From the NCBI RefSeq assembly GCF_006345805.1, contig NW_021834220.1, forward strand, positions 7,631-71,630: a stretch of DNA of 64,000 nucleotides. The letters run 5' to 3'. This document shows, one piece after another, positions 23,478 through 37,699 of this stretch. A program made the position numbers and the translations under genes. This stretch comes from Octopus sinensis (lineage: Eukaryota). The first letter of the stretch is position 1, and the number at the start of each line of letters is the position of its first letter. Below the pieces are notes generated by a model. It was not told the origin of the DNA, ran no database searches, and saw only the letters and a program-made list of their open reading frames with translations.

Positions 23478-23677
23478 CTTTTACTTGTTTCAGTCATTTG
23501 ACTGTGGCCATGCTGGAACACCGCCTTTTAGTCGACCAAAATCGACCCCAGGACTTATTCTTTGTAAGTCTAGTACTTATTCTACCGGTCTCTTTTGCCG
23601 AACCGCTAAGTTACGGGGACGTAAACACACCAGCATCGGTTGTCAAGCGATGTTGGGGGACAAACACAGACACACAA

Positions 23678-23680
<3 letters not shown>
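23478..23680 (-). mobile_element. Family-B SINE 3' half
   Basis: CTTTTACTTGTTTCAGTCATTTGACTGTGGCCATGCTGGA...CCGCTAAGTTACGGGGACGTAAAC. Confidence 0.88.
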
Positions 23681-23716
<36 letters not shown>

Positions 23717-24494
23717 ACACACACACACACACACACACGCACACACACACACACATACACACATATATATAAGTTCAACATTTTAAAGAAACGAACCTTT
23801 TTTTTACAAAAGTCAACTGCTTGGTTAAAGTTTTCATTCTTGTCAAACTATTGTCTATGCTGTGATACAATAAAACGTTTTACTGAAAACACACGAACTA
23901 GCATTTAAAAAAAAAAAATTCTAAACTGTAGACAGTGTTTGAAAGTTCTTTGAGAAGATGCAACTTCTTTGAGCGGTAGACTTAACACGTCACCCTGTTT
24001 CACATCGCTTAGTCGCTCTGCCTTCCTTGGTTACCTTAAGCAGTTGTACGCTCTTCTAAACGCTTAAAGATTGAGGTTTCAGTCTGAGGTTAATTTTCTG
24101 CCCACCAGCCACGGAGGATTTGAATAGGATCATGGATATTATCATTCTACCATTTGTTAATTTGTAGTTTAAAAGGATTATCGAGGGTAAATCTATGAGT
24201 CCTCTCAGCTTGCTAGAAATAGCAGTCAAATCTGACTCTGATAAGGCCCAACTTTCGAGAAAACGAAGACCCATTGGATATTGTAGCCCTGTTTGCTTCT
24301 GAGGAGGTAGGTGGTTGGTTACTGTTAGAATATTTCTGATCATTGATCTGTTTGATTATGTTTCTCTTGGGAGCTAAACAAGAAAAAGAAGAAGAAAAGA
24401 AAGAGGACGAGTAGAAGAAGAATATGAACATATTTACGTACTATTATTTATAACCCTGTGTGTGCTTCGAGACGTACTATTCCAAAAAGCATTA

Positions 24495-24700
24495 GAGTAA
24501 TCCCTCGATTATCGCGGATGTTACGTTAAAAAACCACCCACAGAAATAATTAAACTCTAAAAAAAATATAAATACCTATGGGCCGCAGAAACTCGAATAT
24601 ACTGAGAAGTCCGCGATATGAATTTACATATATTAACTAGAAAAATCCGCGATGTATTCAGTGCGCGATAGGTGAACCGCGATATGGCGAACGATTGCTG
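24495..24700. mobile_element. Tigger/pogo-type MITE with TA TSD
   Basis: Imperfect TIRs (G/C)AGTAATCCCTCGATTATCGCGG ... CCGCGATATGGCGAACGATTGCTG, flanked by TA. Confidence 0.7.
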
Positions 24701-25050
24701 TACTTTACGTTCTCTCGAAATTTTATGAAATTCTTATGACGTTGATATAATACAATTCGCGCTGCTAACAATAAAGTTTCTAAAATCGATAGAAAAAAAT
24801 CGAAGGAATGTTTTGGTCAAATGGTAGAACGCCTATAGTAGCTAGAGGAGATGTAGGTTCGTGTTTCACAATTAATATTTTCAATATTTTCTGTCGCAAA
24901 AAGATTTTCAGCCCAGTCTTTACATGGTATTATCTATAGTTTTATCTGTGCTTCAAAATTCGGTTGTCCACAAAGGGATTATGCATATTATACATACATA
25001 CAAACACACACACCCACACATATACATACACACACACATACATACATACA

Positions 25051-25385
25051 TGTCCTGTTATTATTATTATTATTTTTATTATATTTTGTATTTATACTTG
25101 TGTAGCATCGTCTGTTGTTCCGTCCTTGTTGTCGTATACGTTCGATGCTTTCTTTCAAGGAATCTAATGCTCTTAACTTAGTTTTTCCTTGGGGCTGGCC
25201 AGATTGGAGCAATCTCAAGATTAATCAGCCGAAATTGCGAGGATGATCCAGTTCTTGACTGAGGATAGAAAACTTCGAATGACCCGTCCTTGTTTTTTTG
25301 TATCGTCTATCTGGATGTTTAGTTGTCCCTTTTTCTTTTTGTATCATCTAGTTGTCCGGATGTTTTGCGTTCTTGTCCCATTTTG
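25051..25385 (+). repeat. Unclassified interspersed repeat (~330 bp); second copy at 52783-53055
   Basis: Shared AATCTAATGCTC...TAGTTTTTCCTTGGGGCTGGCC(A/G)GATTGGAGC(A/G)ATCTCAAGATTAATCAGCCGAAATTGCGAGGATGATCC. Confidence 0.85.
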
Positions 25386-25389
<4 letters not shown>

Positions 25390-25451
<62 letters not shown>

Positions 25452-26367
25452 CAGCGTACGTAGACTTTTTTCTTTATATATATATATAGATAGATATATT
25501 TATGTATGTATATATTATATTGTAGGAACGAGACAATTGACATCTCGCACTTGTCTTCGTATTCCAGCAGCAACCAAACCACATACAAAAATACAAAACA
25601 AAACAAACAACTACAAATAATCAACAACAAATTAGTAAACGAATAAAGCAAAACAAAGACAAAACAAGAACATAAACATTACCACCACCACCACCACCAA
25701 CAACAACAACATTTTTATCCAACAAACCTTGACTGTAGTCCAAAGTGTTGATTGGTCTGTTGTAATGTAAGAAACCGTTTGTGTAATAAGCTTTGTTGTA
25801 ATAAAAGGATTTTTGTTTTGCTTTGGATTTTTTTTTTGCTTTTTGTATGTCGTTGAATGTTTATTGTACAGTGAGTGGTATGGGTGGTATGCTTAGAAGT
25901 GATAAAAGAAGTGTGATAATTTGGCCCAACCTTGTTGAGTGTGTGTGTGTAGATATATATATGTATATACAAACATATATACACACATATATATGTATAT
26001 ATACACATATGTATATATGTATATATACACACACATATATATATATATATATAATATATATATATATAATATATATATATATATACATACATATATACAC
26101 TATACGGACGCACATATATAAACACATATGCATACACATACTCGTATGTGTGTAATATGTGTACATTTATAAGCGTATACACTTATGCGAATATATGAAT
26201 ATATATATGCATATATATTTACGAATATGTATATACACCCATACATATACACACGCATATGTGTACTCATATGTATGTATACACACACACACACATATAT
26301 ATATGTATGTATATATATATATTTGTACATTCATTTATGTACATATATATATATATTCAATATATTT

Positions 26368-26422
<55 letters not shown>

Positions 26423-26450
26423 AATAAGCACACGCACACATATACATGAA
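25390..26450. repeat. (TA)n/(CA)n/(TATG)n microsatellite field
   Basis: Direct reading. Confidence 0.95.
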
Positions 26451-27550
26451 GAGAACCGACATCAAAGGAAAATATTCGTCTTTGACTGTTTTAAGAAGTA
26501 GTTCCAACGTATTCTTCACAGTTCGTTGCAGTCTTTTACCAAACGAACTCCAAGACTTTGAGATTTAGGCAAGAAAATTCCCAGAACATTTTCACTCCGT
26601 TCTAAATACAATTATAATGCTGTTGTGTTTCTTGTTATTATCTGATCCCGGTTTAGTTCAGATCGGACGCACATTAAGAATAGCATCCTGCACTTAACAG
26701 TATGTTCTGCACGCAGATGGCAGCCTTGGGAAATTCTTTAATGTCAATACTATCAATTGCCTAATCTGAGAAGTATATTTATCAAAAAATTTGAGACTTA
26801 ATAGCCAAATCTTTCTCATATTGTAGCTAAATGTCTAAAGGAAACAGAAAAAAGAACCCAAAAGAAATACAAAAACTATATCTTGGGCAATATAATAGTT
26901 CACATGCAAAGAATGAAATGTCTATGGTTGGAGCGCCTTTAATCATATGTCTACTCAGTCCGACTTTCGTGGTTATGTGTCCCCTCTACTTTGCTGAGAA
27001 GGCTGAATAAAAATGAAACATTTCCCCTGCTTTTGCCAAAGCTTTCAAGATTTAAACAAATGCTTATTCTTTCATAAAGTTACTTAAGTGTTGGTCGATC
27101 GAAACTTTGGCTATTATATCACATTGAGAAAAATTTTAAGCCCTTTCAAAGTAATTGTCTTTAACCTTAATAGATTTTTCTTTGCCATTAAGATTTTAAA
27201 TTCTTCTGATTAAGAATAATTGTCAGCCCACCATATTGTATAGAATCTTGCATTTAATTATATATACGTAATCATGACAAACGTATGATATTTATATTAG
27301 AATAGGAAAAAACAAAAAAAAAAAAACAAAAGAAAAGAATCAATTATAGATACAGGATGTGGTGAAGAAAATCAACATTAAGATGAATATTGTACAAGTT
27401 CTGGTGTTAGTAAATCTTAAGGATTTACTAAAAGTTCTGTCGAAATCTACGTTTGGTTAAATTCTTCGTCGATTATGATATCTCTGATGAGGAACAAATC
27501 AAAATTCGCCCCAAGAAAATGGAAACAAAATAATAATGATAATAATAATA

Positions 27551-27607
<57 letters not shown>

Positions 27608-27609
<2 letters not shown>

Positions 27610-28163
27610 GCCCTGATGCAGTACCAGGCAGTGGCTCTCATGGCTTCTGATCTTAACTGATTGGAAGTTTTATCATGTACATTGTTTTGTCTTGGTATAA
27701 AAGATGGGCTACAGCAAATATTCTGCTCAATACCACAGATTTGCTTGTCAGTTGTTTGACCATAACCAGTTGAGCATGTCCCTTAGTGGCTGACGATATG
27801 TGCATCTCTGATCACGAGCAGAAGTAGTGGGGGAGCATCATAGCCATGTGTTGAGAGGGATTCTTTGGGGTTTGAATAATTCACCTCTGGAAACATGGGT
27901 GGTTCTTTCAACATCCTTAAACAACCTTTATTCAGGGACCTTTTGAGCGGGATGGGCTACTCAACCTGAAGAAAATTCTAACTGGGCCCCACCTGCAAGG
28001 TCATGTGCTGTTTATCTTGATATGAGATCACCATGTCGCGCACATATGGTTGTGATGCATGTGCCTGGTGTACCCTTATCAAACGGGTAGTCATGATGGG
28101 TATATTGGGCTTCGTATATTTTACCCCAGTGTCACTTTGATGGCATGCACTGCTCTCTCACTC
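27608..28163 (+). mobile_element. Non-coding ~556-bp retroposon-like element D flanked by (AAT)n on both sides
   Basis: ATGCCCTGATGCAGTACC...GCATGCACTGCTCTCTCACTC. A second copy lacking the first ~98 nt lies at 43716-44172, also between AAT tracts. Confidence 0.85.
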
Positions 28164-28198
<35 letters not shown>

Positions 28199-28215
28199 TG
28201 ATGATGATGATGATG

Positions 28216-28269
<54 letters not shown>

Positions 28270-28297
28270 GCAATAATAATGATAATAACCACGCTTA

Positions 28298-28372
28298 CTA
28301 TCCCTACAGGAAGTGCAAAAAATCGTATTAACTGGAACGGCTCATGTACTGAGAAGAGCATTATCGCTGTGA
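28298..28372 (+). pseudogene. C-terminal fragment of a second R4/Dong-clade LINE family, directly after an (AAT)n tract
   Basis: Translates LSLQEVQKIVLTGTAHVLRRALSL*, compared with MAEIQKIVLMGTAHILRKILSM* at the end of the 41.2-43.5 kb element. Confidence 0.8.
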
Positions 28373-29260
28373 AAACAACATCCATTCACGAATTTATTTA
28401 TTTATTAATTTTAAATACATATTTTACCTGTGAATTTGCGCCTGTAATCTGGGAATGCATACAATGAGATTCTCTGCCCAAGGTGTACGGAAAACACTCG
28501 GCGAGAAACGGAAGAAAATGTGAAGAAAGAAGGAAAAAAATACTAATAAAGAAAAGTAATAGAAGAAATACTCATCTTGACTGCTATAGTGATATCTTAC
28601 TCAAATTCCCATTGGAAAAGGATATTATTACTGGTCAGTAAAATATTAGCAAATAGGAAAAAATCCCACTTAGACGTCTCGAAAACGATGTAAAAATGTT
28701 ATTAAAGAAGCATATAAACGTGATGCTACTGCCATAACGGATGCCAAATGTTATAAGAATTTATCTGAAAACTGTTGAAAAAGTAGTATCTTTTACTCTG
28801 AATTAACTGCAAATAGAGATCATCACATTAGAAAGCAGCAAAGTATTCTGGTTTCAAAACATCACAATTCACTTATCACTAACGATGAGGACTGCACTAC
28901 CAGTTTTGAACCAAAACCTAGACAACTTTAATGACCGCGATAAATGAATAATCTACGAAATTCGAAATACAGTAGACGTACAAAGTGATGAAAGTGTAAA
29001 ACTTCGGAAACCAAAAGCCTTAAAACTTAGATCCAACGTAGTTGTTACTAAATTTGTGGTACTGTCATGTAACCACATTTGCACCGGTATAAGCAAACTC
29101 AGTGACGGAATACTTGGATCAAAAACTGTACCCAAAATTAGATGAAAACTATGGTATCAATATTCAAAGATATATCTATGTCTAATATATATTTGAGTCA
29201 GCAAGAAATCTTCACTTGGAGAGGATTTCTTGGTGTTTATTTTTTTAATTTGTACACGTC

Positions 29261-29645
29261 GGAGTGGCTATGTGCTAAGTAGCTTGCTAACTAATCACAT
29301 GGTTCTGGGTTCAGTCCCACTGCGTGGTACCTTGAGCAAGTGTATTCTACTATAGCCTCGGGCCGACCAAAGCCTTGTGAGTGGATTTGGTAGACGGAAA
29401 CTGAAAGAAGCCCGTTGTATATTTGTATGTATGTGTGTATGTTTGTGTGTCTGTGTTTGTCCCCCCCAACATCGCTTGATAACCAATGCCGCTATGTTTA
29501 CGTCCCCGTAACTTAGCGGTTTGGCAAAAGAGCCGATGGAATAAGTACTAGGCTTACAAAGAATAAGTCGTGGGGTCGATTTGGTCGACTAAAAGCGGTG
29601 CTCCAGTATGGCCATAGTCAGATGGCTGAAACAAGTAAAAGAGTA
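29261..29645 (+). mobile_element. Family-B SINE, full length
   Basis: GGAGTGGCTATGTG...GGTTCAGTCCCAC...GCTCCAGTATGGCC. Confidence 0.9.
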
Positions 29646-29991
29646 AAGAGGAAAGAGTAATCGTAAATACTTTAGCATAATTCAGCGTCCTTCTGAACAG
29701 TCCATGCCTTAAACTAAAATTTAGAAAAGAGGCAAACACTACAAAATCGTAATTTCTGGACATAATAAGCCGCCTATACTTGAATACATCTCAGTCAACA
29801 ACAACTCCCTCCATGAATGGGCCATGATATTACAAAACTTGACTTTAAAATGACTTAACAGATCCTACTAGGCGGTGCTATTAAGTTAGACATCACTTGG
29901 GACAATCCATGCCCGAAACATGTATGAGTTGTCGAAGTTAATACCAACATCATATCGGATATATTTAATAATCATTTATACACACCAGAAT

Positions 29992-30150
29992 CTGAAGTTT
30001 AAATCATGCCATTTAGTCCATACTAAATATAACACTTCATACTGAGTAGCTAGGAATATTCTTACCGTTATTGATTTAAATTTGAAAAAAGAACAGGTCG
30101 AAGAACTGAAAAGATGTCTTCTGAAAGAAAAATATCCACATCTATTTATA
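29992..30150 (+). pseudogene. Penelope-like element RT C-terminal remnant
   Basis: LKFKSCHLVHTKYNTSY*VARNILTVIDLNLKKEQVEELKRCLLKEKYPHLFI resembles the YLxFxSxHPxHTKxxIP..ARRI...L.EL...L....YP..I thumb region of Penelope-like RTs. Confidence 0.65.
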
Positions 30151-30591
30151 TAATGTAATAAAATGGTATTCATCGTCCACATCAGAACATCGAGTATCAT
30201 CGACACACTTTTATTGTTTTTACTGTCTTTTTGTTCTTACTGTCCTGTTCTTGTTACCACTTTTACCCCTCCGCAAAAAATCTCAAATTTTAATTTGCTT
30301 TGCGGGAAGGACTGTTTCAACGATGTCGCGTCTTGTCCTTACCTTCGAAACGCGGAGTAGACGAAACAGGGACAACTGAAGAAGGAGAATATTCCTTGTG
30401 TTGTATGTCTTGTATTCTGTTTTTTCGTTGTTTGAAAAAAAGTCCGTTTCCATGTTTTTGCTTTTGTTTTCGTTTCTCATTGTGTTCAACGTTTTTTTTA
30501 TGTCCTGTACCCATATATGCATGTACATATGCATATAGATGTAGGTATGTACATATATGTATGTATATATGCATATATTTATATATTATTT

Positions 30592-30630
<39 letters not shown>

Positions 30631-31147
30631 AAAAAATAGACGCACATACACACACTCCAACACGCACGCACACACAAGCACTCACACACACACACATACA
30701 CGCGCGTGCGCACGCCGGCAAAACAATTAGCAGCGTTTAGTTCGTTTTTACGTTCAAATTCCGCCGAGATCTTTTGCGCTCAATAAAACAAGTACCGGTT
30801 GATCAGTGGCTCAATTTATTGGATGTATCCCCTCCCAAGAAACTGCTGGATTTGAGCCAAAATTTGAAATAAATATGCGTATATATATATTTACTACAGA
30901 TGCACACAAACATATATGCATAAATACACAGTAGCAAAACCAAAACCAAAACAGGTCAACGCTATTTTTCTTCTTTTTACAGGTGGACAGCTATTTTTGT
31001 ATATAATCAAATATCAGTGATCCTAAAATATATTTGTTTGGATACAAAGAACAAAAATCCCCCCAAAACTTCACAACAGAAGCCATAACAATATATTAAC
31101 ACCGCTAACTGATCGACTAGAAAATATGCCACGTCTGTGCATTGCTA

Positions 31148-31183
<36 letters not shown>

Positions 31184-31509
31184 GCATATACATATATATG
31201 TATATATATGCATGCATGTATATATGTGTGTGTGTGTTTGAATAGTGATTCTGCAGGGTAGTGAATGTGAAAACGGTATACACAGCGTTGGTGTCATCAA
31301 AAGCTCTCCTCCAAGAATTATCCAACAGCTAAACCAAACACCAATCGCAAAAATATTCCTGCAGCTGTGATGGAATGGTTAAAAAAAAAAAAAGAGAAAG
31401 AAAAACAAATGGAGGAAAAGTTGCTGCAATCATCTACATTTTACGTGGTAGCCATTTCGATTTCTTTTCATCCTTCTCGAGTCTACTGTATAATAGGTTT
31501 TATTAGATA

Positions 31510-33110
<1,601 letters not shown>

Positions 33111-33142
33111 TGCGTGTGTGTGTGTGTGTGTGTACATATATA

Positions 33143-33215
33143 CTACGGGGTGCTGAAAAGTTCTTGGTTTTGAAGATATCGCGAAAAGTCTGTTTGGAAG
33201 CCTAACCTTCAGATT
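33143..33215. mobile_element. Mariner-type TIR fragment
   Basis: TACGGGGTGCTGAAAAGTTCTTGG. A related GTGCTGAAAAGTTCCTG occurs at ~45432. Confidence 0.5.
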
Positions 33216-33461
33216 ACATGGCTTAGAAAGACTAAAGCAATAACAGATAGGCTTAGGGGTGGATGTGTACTACTAAGAAATTTGCCTCACAACCACGCGG
33301 TTTCGGGTTCAGCCTCGCTGCGTGGTGCACTTCAGACCGACCAAATCCTTGTGAATGTATTTAGTAGACGGAAAGGGAAAGAAACCCGCTTTTTATACAT
33401 ATATATCTATGCTGTTTGTGTTTATCCTCTACCACCAATTGACAAATTGCGTTGATTTGTT

Positions 33462-33636
33462 TCGTGAAGGGGCTAAGTCGATTAAACCCACCCCAGTGTT
33501 CAACTGGTACTTATTTTATCGACCCCGAAAAATAAAAGGCAAAGTCGACCACGGAGGAATTGAACTCAGAACATGTATACGGATGAAATGTCGCTAAGCA
33601 TTTTTTCCCGGTGCGTTAACGGTTCTGCTAGCTCGC
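33462..33636 (-). mobile_element. Family-A SINE variant, inverted partner of 37277-37455
   Basis: Shares private variants (AGAACCGTTAAC, GACATTTCATCCGTATACATG, GTTGAACACTGGGGTGG) with the + copy. Confidence 0.85.
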
Positions 33637-33976
33637 AGTCTGTAAGATAGCGGTTCGGCAAAAGAAAGTACATGAGTGAAAAAATAAGTACTGGGACCTG
33701 AAAAAAAAATTTAAAAAAAGCTAATTTCTTAAGGGATCCTCTACGACTACATGGTGATATGGGTGACGGTAGCAACGTAGCCGTTATGGTTGTTGTTCTT
33801 GATGATGATGATAATGGTGGTGGTAGTGGCTCTCATCGTTGTAGCCGTGAAGGTATAGGTAGTGGAGTTGGTGGTGGCGACAGTTGCAGCAGTTGTGGTG
33901 GTAGTAGTGATGGTAGTGGTAATGATACTGGTGGTAGTAGCGGTGGCAGTATTGTTGCCACCACGGTTGCGGTGAT

Positions 33977-35445
33977 AGGCGGCGAGCTGGCAGAAACGTT
34001 AGCAGGTCGGGCGAAATGAGAAGCGGTATTTCGTCTGCCGTTACGTTCTGAGTTCAAATTCCGCCGAGGTCGACTTTGCCTTTCATCCTTCCGGGGTCGA
34101 TAAATTAAGTACCAGTTACGCACTGGGTCGATGTAATCGACTTAATCCCTTTGTCTGTCCTTGTTTGTCCAATCTATGTTTAGCCCCTTGTGGGTAATAA
34201 AGAAATAAGAAATGTTAGCACGCTGGGCGAAATGCTTAGCTGTATTTCGTTTGTCTTTATGTTCTGAGTTCAAACTCTGCCGAGGACGACTTTGCCTTTC
34301 ATCCTTTCAAGTTCTATAAATTAAGGAGCAGTTGCGTACTAGGGTCGATCTAATTGACTGGCTCCCTCCCCCAAAATTCCGGGCCTTGTGCCTTGAGTAG
34401 AAAAGAATATATTTTAAGGCGGCGTGCTGGCAGAACTGTTAGCACGTCGGGAGAAATGGCTGTCTTTACGTTCTGAGTTCAAACTCCGTCGAGGACGACT
34501 TTGCCTTTCATACTTTCGGGATCTATAAATTAAGTACCACTTGCATACTGGGGTCGATCTAATCGACTGTCCCCCCACCAAAAAAAAAAAAAAAAAATTC
34601 GGGCCTTGTGCCTAGAGTAGAAAAGTATATATTTTAAGGCGGCGAGCTGGCAGAAACGTTAGCACGCCGGACGAAATGCGTAGCCGTATTTCGTCTGCCG
34701 TTATGTTCTGAGTTCAAATTCCGCCGAGGTCGGCTTTGCTTTTCATCCTTTCGGAGTCGATTAAATAAGTTCCAGTTATGCACTGGGGTCGATGTAATCG
34801 ACTTCTGTTTTTCTGTCCTTGTTTGTCCCCTCTGTGTTTAGCCCATTGTGGGTAGTAAAGAAATAGGTATTTCGTCTGCCGCTGCGCTCTGAGATCAAAT
34901 TCCGCCGAGGCCAACTTTGTCTTTCATCCTTACGGGGTCGATTAAATAAGTACACATATACGTATGCACAAATACACACACACTTATAGTGACTCTGCAT
35001 GGGGTCGATCCGTTTGTCTGTCCTTGTTTGTGCTCTCTGTGATTAGCCCCTTGTGAGTAGTAATGCCATTACGTCTGCCTTTACGTTCTGAGATCAAACT
35101 CCGCCGAGGTCGACTTTGCCTTTCATCGTTATGGGGTCGATAAGTTACACACTGGGGTCAATGCAATCGACTTAATCCCTTTTTCTGTCCTTGTTTGCCC
35201 CCTCTATGTTTAGCCCCTTGTGAACAATAAAGAAATAAGAAACGTTAGCACGCCGGGCAAAATACTTAGTTGTATTCCGCCAGCCTTTACGTTCTGAGTT
35301 CAAACTCCACCGAGGTTGACTTTGCCTTTCATCCTTTCGGACGCGATAAATTAAGTACCAGTTGCGTACTGGGGTCGATCTAATTGACTGGGACCCTCCC
35401 ACCCAAATTTCGGGCCTTGTGCCTAGAGTAGAAAAGGAATAATCA
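33977..35445 (+). mobile_element. Family-A SINE tandem array of about 7-8 units or fragments
   Basis: Heads at ~33977, 34210, 34418, 34638 and 35238, plus headless bodies. The two tail types alternate. Confidence 0.9.
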
Positions 35446-35499
35446 ACCAAGAAACGACTTAGGCCCACGTATAATCATCCGGTTAGTTATCTTCAGCCC

Positions 35500-35900
35500 C
35501 AAAAATCATCCATCCATCCATCTTTCAATCACTCACTCCCACCATCTTTGGATTGATCCATCCACCCCTCTCTCCATTCAGCCATTCACCCATGTATCCA
35601 TCCCTCTCTCCATTCATCCACCCTTCCCTCTATTCATCCATCACCGCACTCTCCATCCATCCGTCTGTCCATCCATCCATCCATCCATCCATGCATCCAA
35701 TTAACCAGCCGACCAACCAACCATACATCTAACCATCCAACCATCCGACCAACCGACCAACCAGCAAACCAACCAACCAACCAACCAACCAACCAACCAA
35801 CCAACCAGCCAGCCAGCCAGCCAACCAGCCAACCAGCCAGCCAGCCAGCCAACCAGCCAACCAGCTAAACAACCACCCAGCCAACCAGCCAGCCATACGT
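35500..35900. repeat. Compound (CCAT)n-(CCAA)n-(CCAG)n tetranucleotide array
   Basis: Direct reading. Confidence 0.95.
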
Positions 35901-36469
35901 TTCCATTTCTCTTCATGTGAAATGCAACTTTGCTAATATCCTGTTTAAAGAAATCTTATTGGTTTGATGCTAAGAATTAAGTATATTGATGTAAATCTTA
36001 ATAAACTTATTCCTGGCATTTCTGGTATATGAGAAATGGTGAGTGTATGGATAGATGTGGATATGTGTAGTGGTATGTGTGTGTGTTTGCACATACATGT
36101 ATGTATGTATGTATGTATGTATGTATGTATGTATGTATGTATGTATGTATGTATGTAGTCAGGTATGTATGTGTGCATGTACGTATGCATGTATATATGT
36201 AAATGCATATACACACGCATATATGTGTATATGTACGTAAATAAATACAAGTATATATGAATGTACATATGTATATATATATATGCACAAATACACACAC
36301 ACACATATTGACTTTACATGCGCATATTTACAGATAGATACACACATGCGTGAGCGTGTCTATATGCTTTTATATATACTGTATCTGTGTGTATATGTAT
36401 TTATATATATATATGTATATATACAAATATATATATACATATATATATATATATACATGCATATATAGC

Positions 36470-36514
<45 letters not shown>

Positions 36515-37276
36515 AATGTCAAAACAGGTTAAAATTACGCCCTCTACGTTTTGGAACCAGCGACCAGTTGTACTCGTGGGAATATTGGTAGCAGTCATGG
36601 GTTTGCTTTCGACACTGCTACTACATTTGTCAACCAGCCTTGTTTTTTTACTTTCTTCTTCCTGATAGAATCCCATCTCAATTGGTCGTTTCTATTACAC
36701 GTATAGCACCGGGGTTTCTGCCTTTCTACATCTCCCGATTAATCTCGTCCCCACTTTCTCAAAATGATGAAGGTGTTAGATAGCCTTGTCATGTTCTACT
36801 GTTGGCGTTATTAGCAGCTAAGTGTTTGCATAGTCCGCAGCCAACCAAACAACAGTCACAAGTTGTTGTTGGTGGTGGCGAGTTGGGGGCCACCTCCACA
36901 TTCAGTACATATCTGTACTATTGTGCAAAGTTGTCGACAAAGTACCAGCATATGTGTGAATATCTTTGGTTATGTTCCTAGCGTTTGTGAGGCAATTTTA
37001 CAGTGACCCTAGGTCAAAGGCTCATATACAAGGTATCAACTATACCAGTCTCACCCCATCAACATCGGTTTTAATAAAATAAAGATATGCTCTATCCTGG
37101 ACAGTGGAGCATATCTTTTGCCTCAGATCAGTTAGGGTTTTTTCCATCCCCCATCACGTTTTGGAAATAGTTGGAGGTCAATTTTCTTCTCGTTCTTTTC
37201 CCAATAATTTCAAAAGGCAAGAAGTTCGAAGGAATATCAGTTAGCAATATATCAATTTATATTTATACGTATAAAG

Positions 37277-37455
37277 GCGGCGAGCTAGCAGAACCGTTAA
37301 CACACCGGTAAAAATGCTTAGAGACATTTCATCCGTATACATGTTCTGAGTTCAAATTCCTCCGGGGTCGACTTTGCCTTTTATTCTTTCAGGGTCGATA
37401 AAATAAGTACCAGTTGAACACTGGGGTGGATTTAATCGACTTAGCCCCTCCATCA
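37277..37455 (+). mobile_element. Family-A SINE variant
   Basis: GGCGGCGAGCTAGCAGAACCGTTAAC head and GAGTTCAAATTCC B box. Confidence 0.88.
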
Positions 37456-37699
37456 AACCTGTTGGCCTTGTGCCAACATTTGAAACCAATATATTTACAC
37501 GTAACAAAAATTCTGATGTTTATTTCCTAAATTACAAATTACAAATGTTTGTGTAGACAGGAGATGGAATCTCATATGGCAATAAACTATGAACTAACGA
37601 ATGTGAGAAACTTCAGACTGATCAGTCTATGAACAAAAAAAATGTCAGAAATGATAGAAACAAAAATTGTATCATTCAATCCATAATTTAAAAAGAATG

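Noticed and set aside
25265-25310. CTGAGGA...CGAAT hammerhead-like motif in the 330-bp repeat (also ~52975)
   Set aside because: GAAA is replaced by GAAT in both copies and no stems are evident.
25715-26519. Numerous Ile/Tyr/His/Thr/Cys/Val-rich ORFs here and at 31-33, 48-52, 58-59 and 61-62 kb
   Set aside because: Translations of (TA)n, (CA)n and (TACA)n microsatellites.
27608-27670. Possible HDV-like ribozyme at the 5' end of element D
   Set aside because: A P3/L3-like hairpin (GGC-TCTCATG-GCT) is present, but I could not find a matching P1 pairing by eye.
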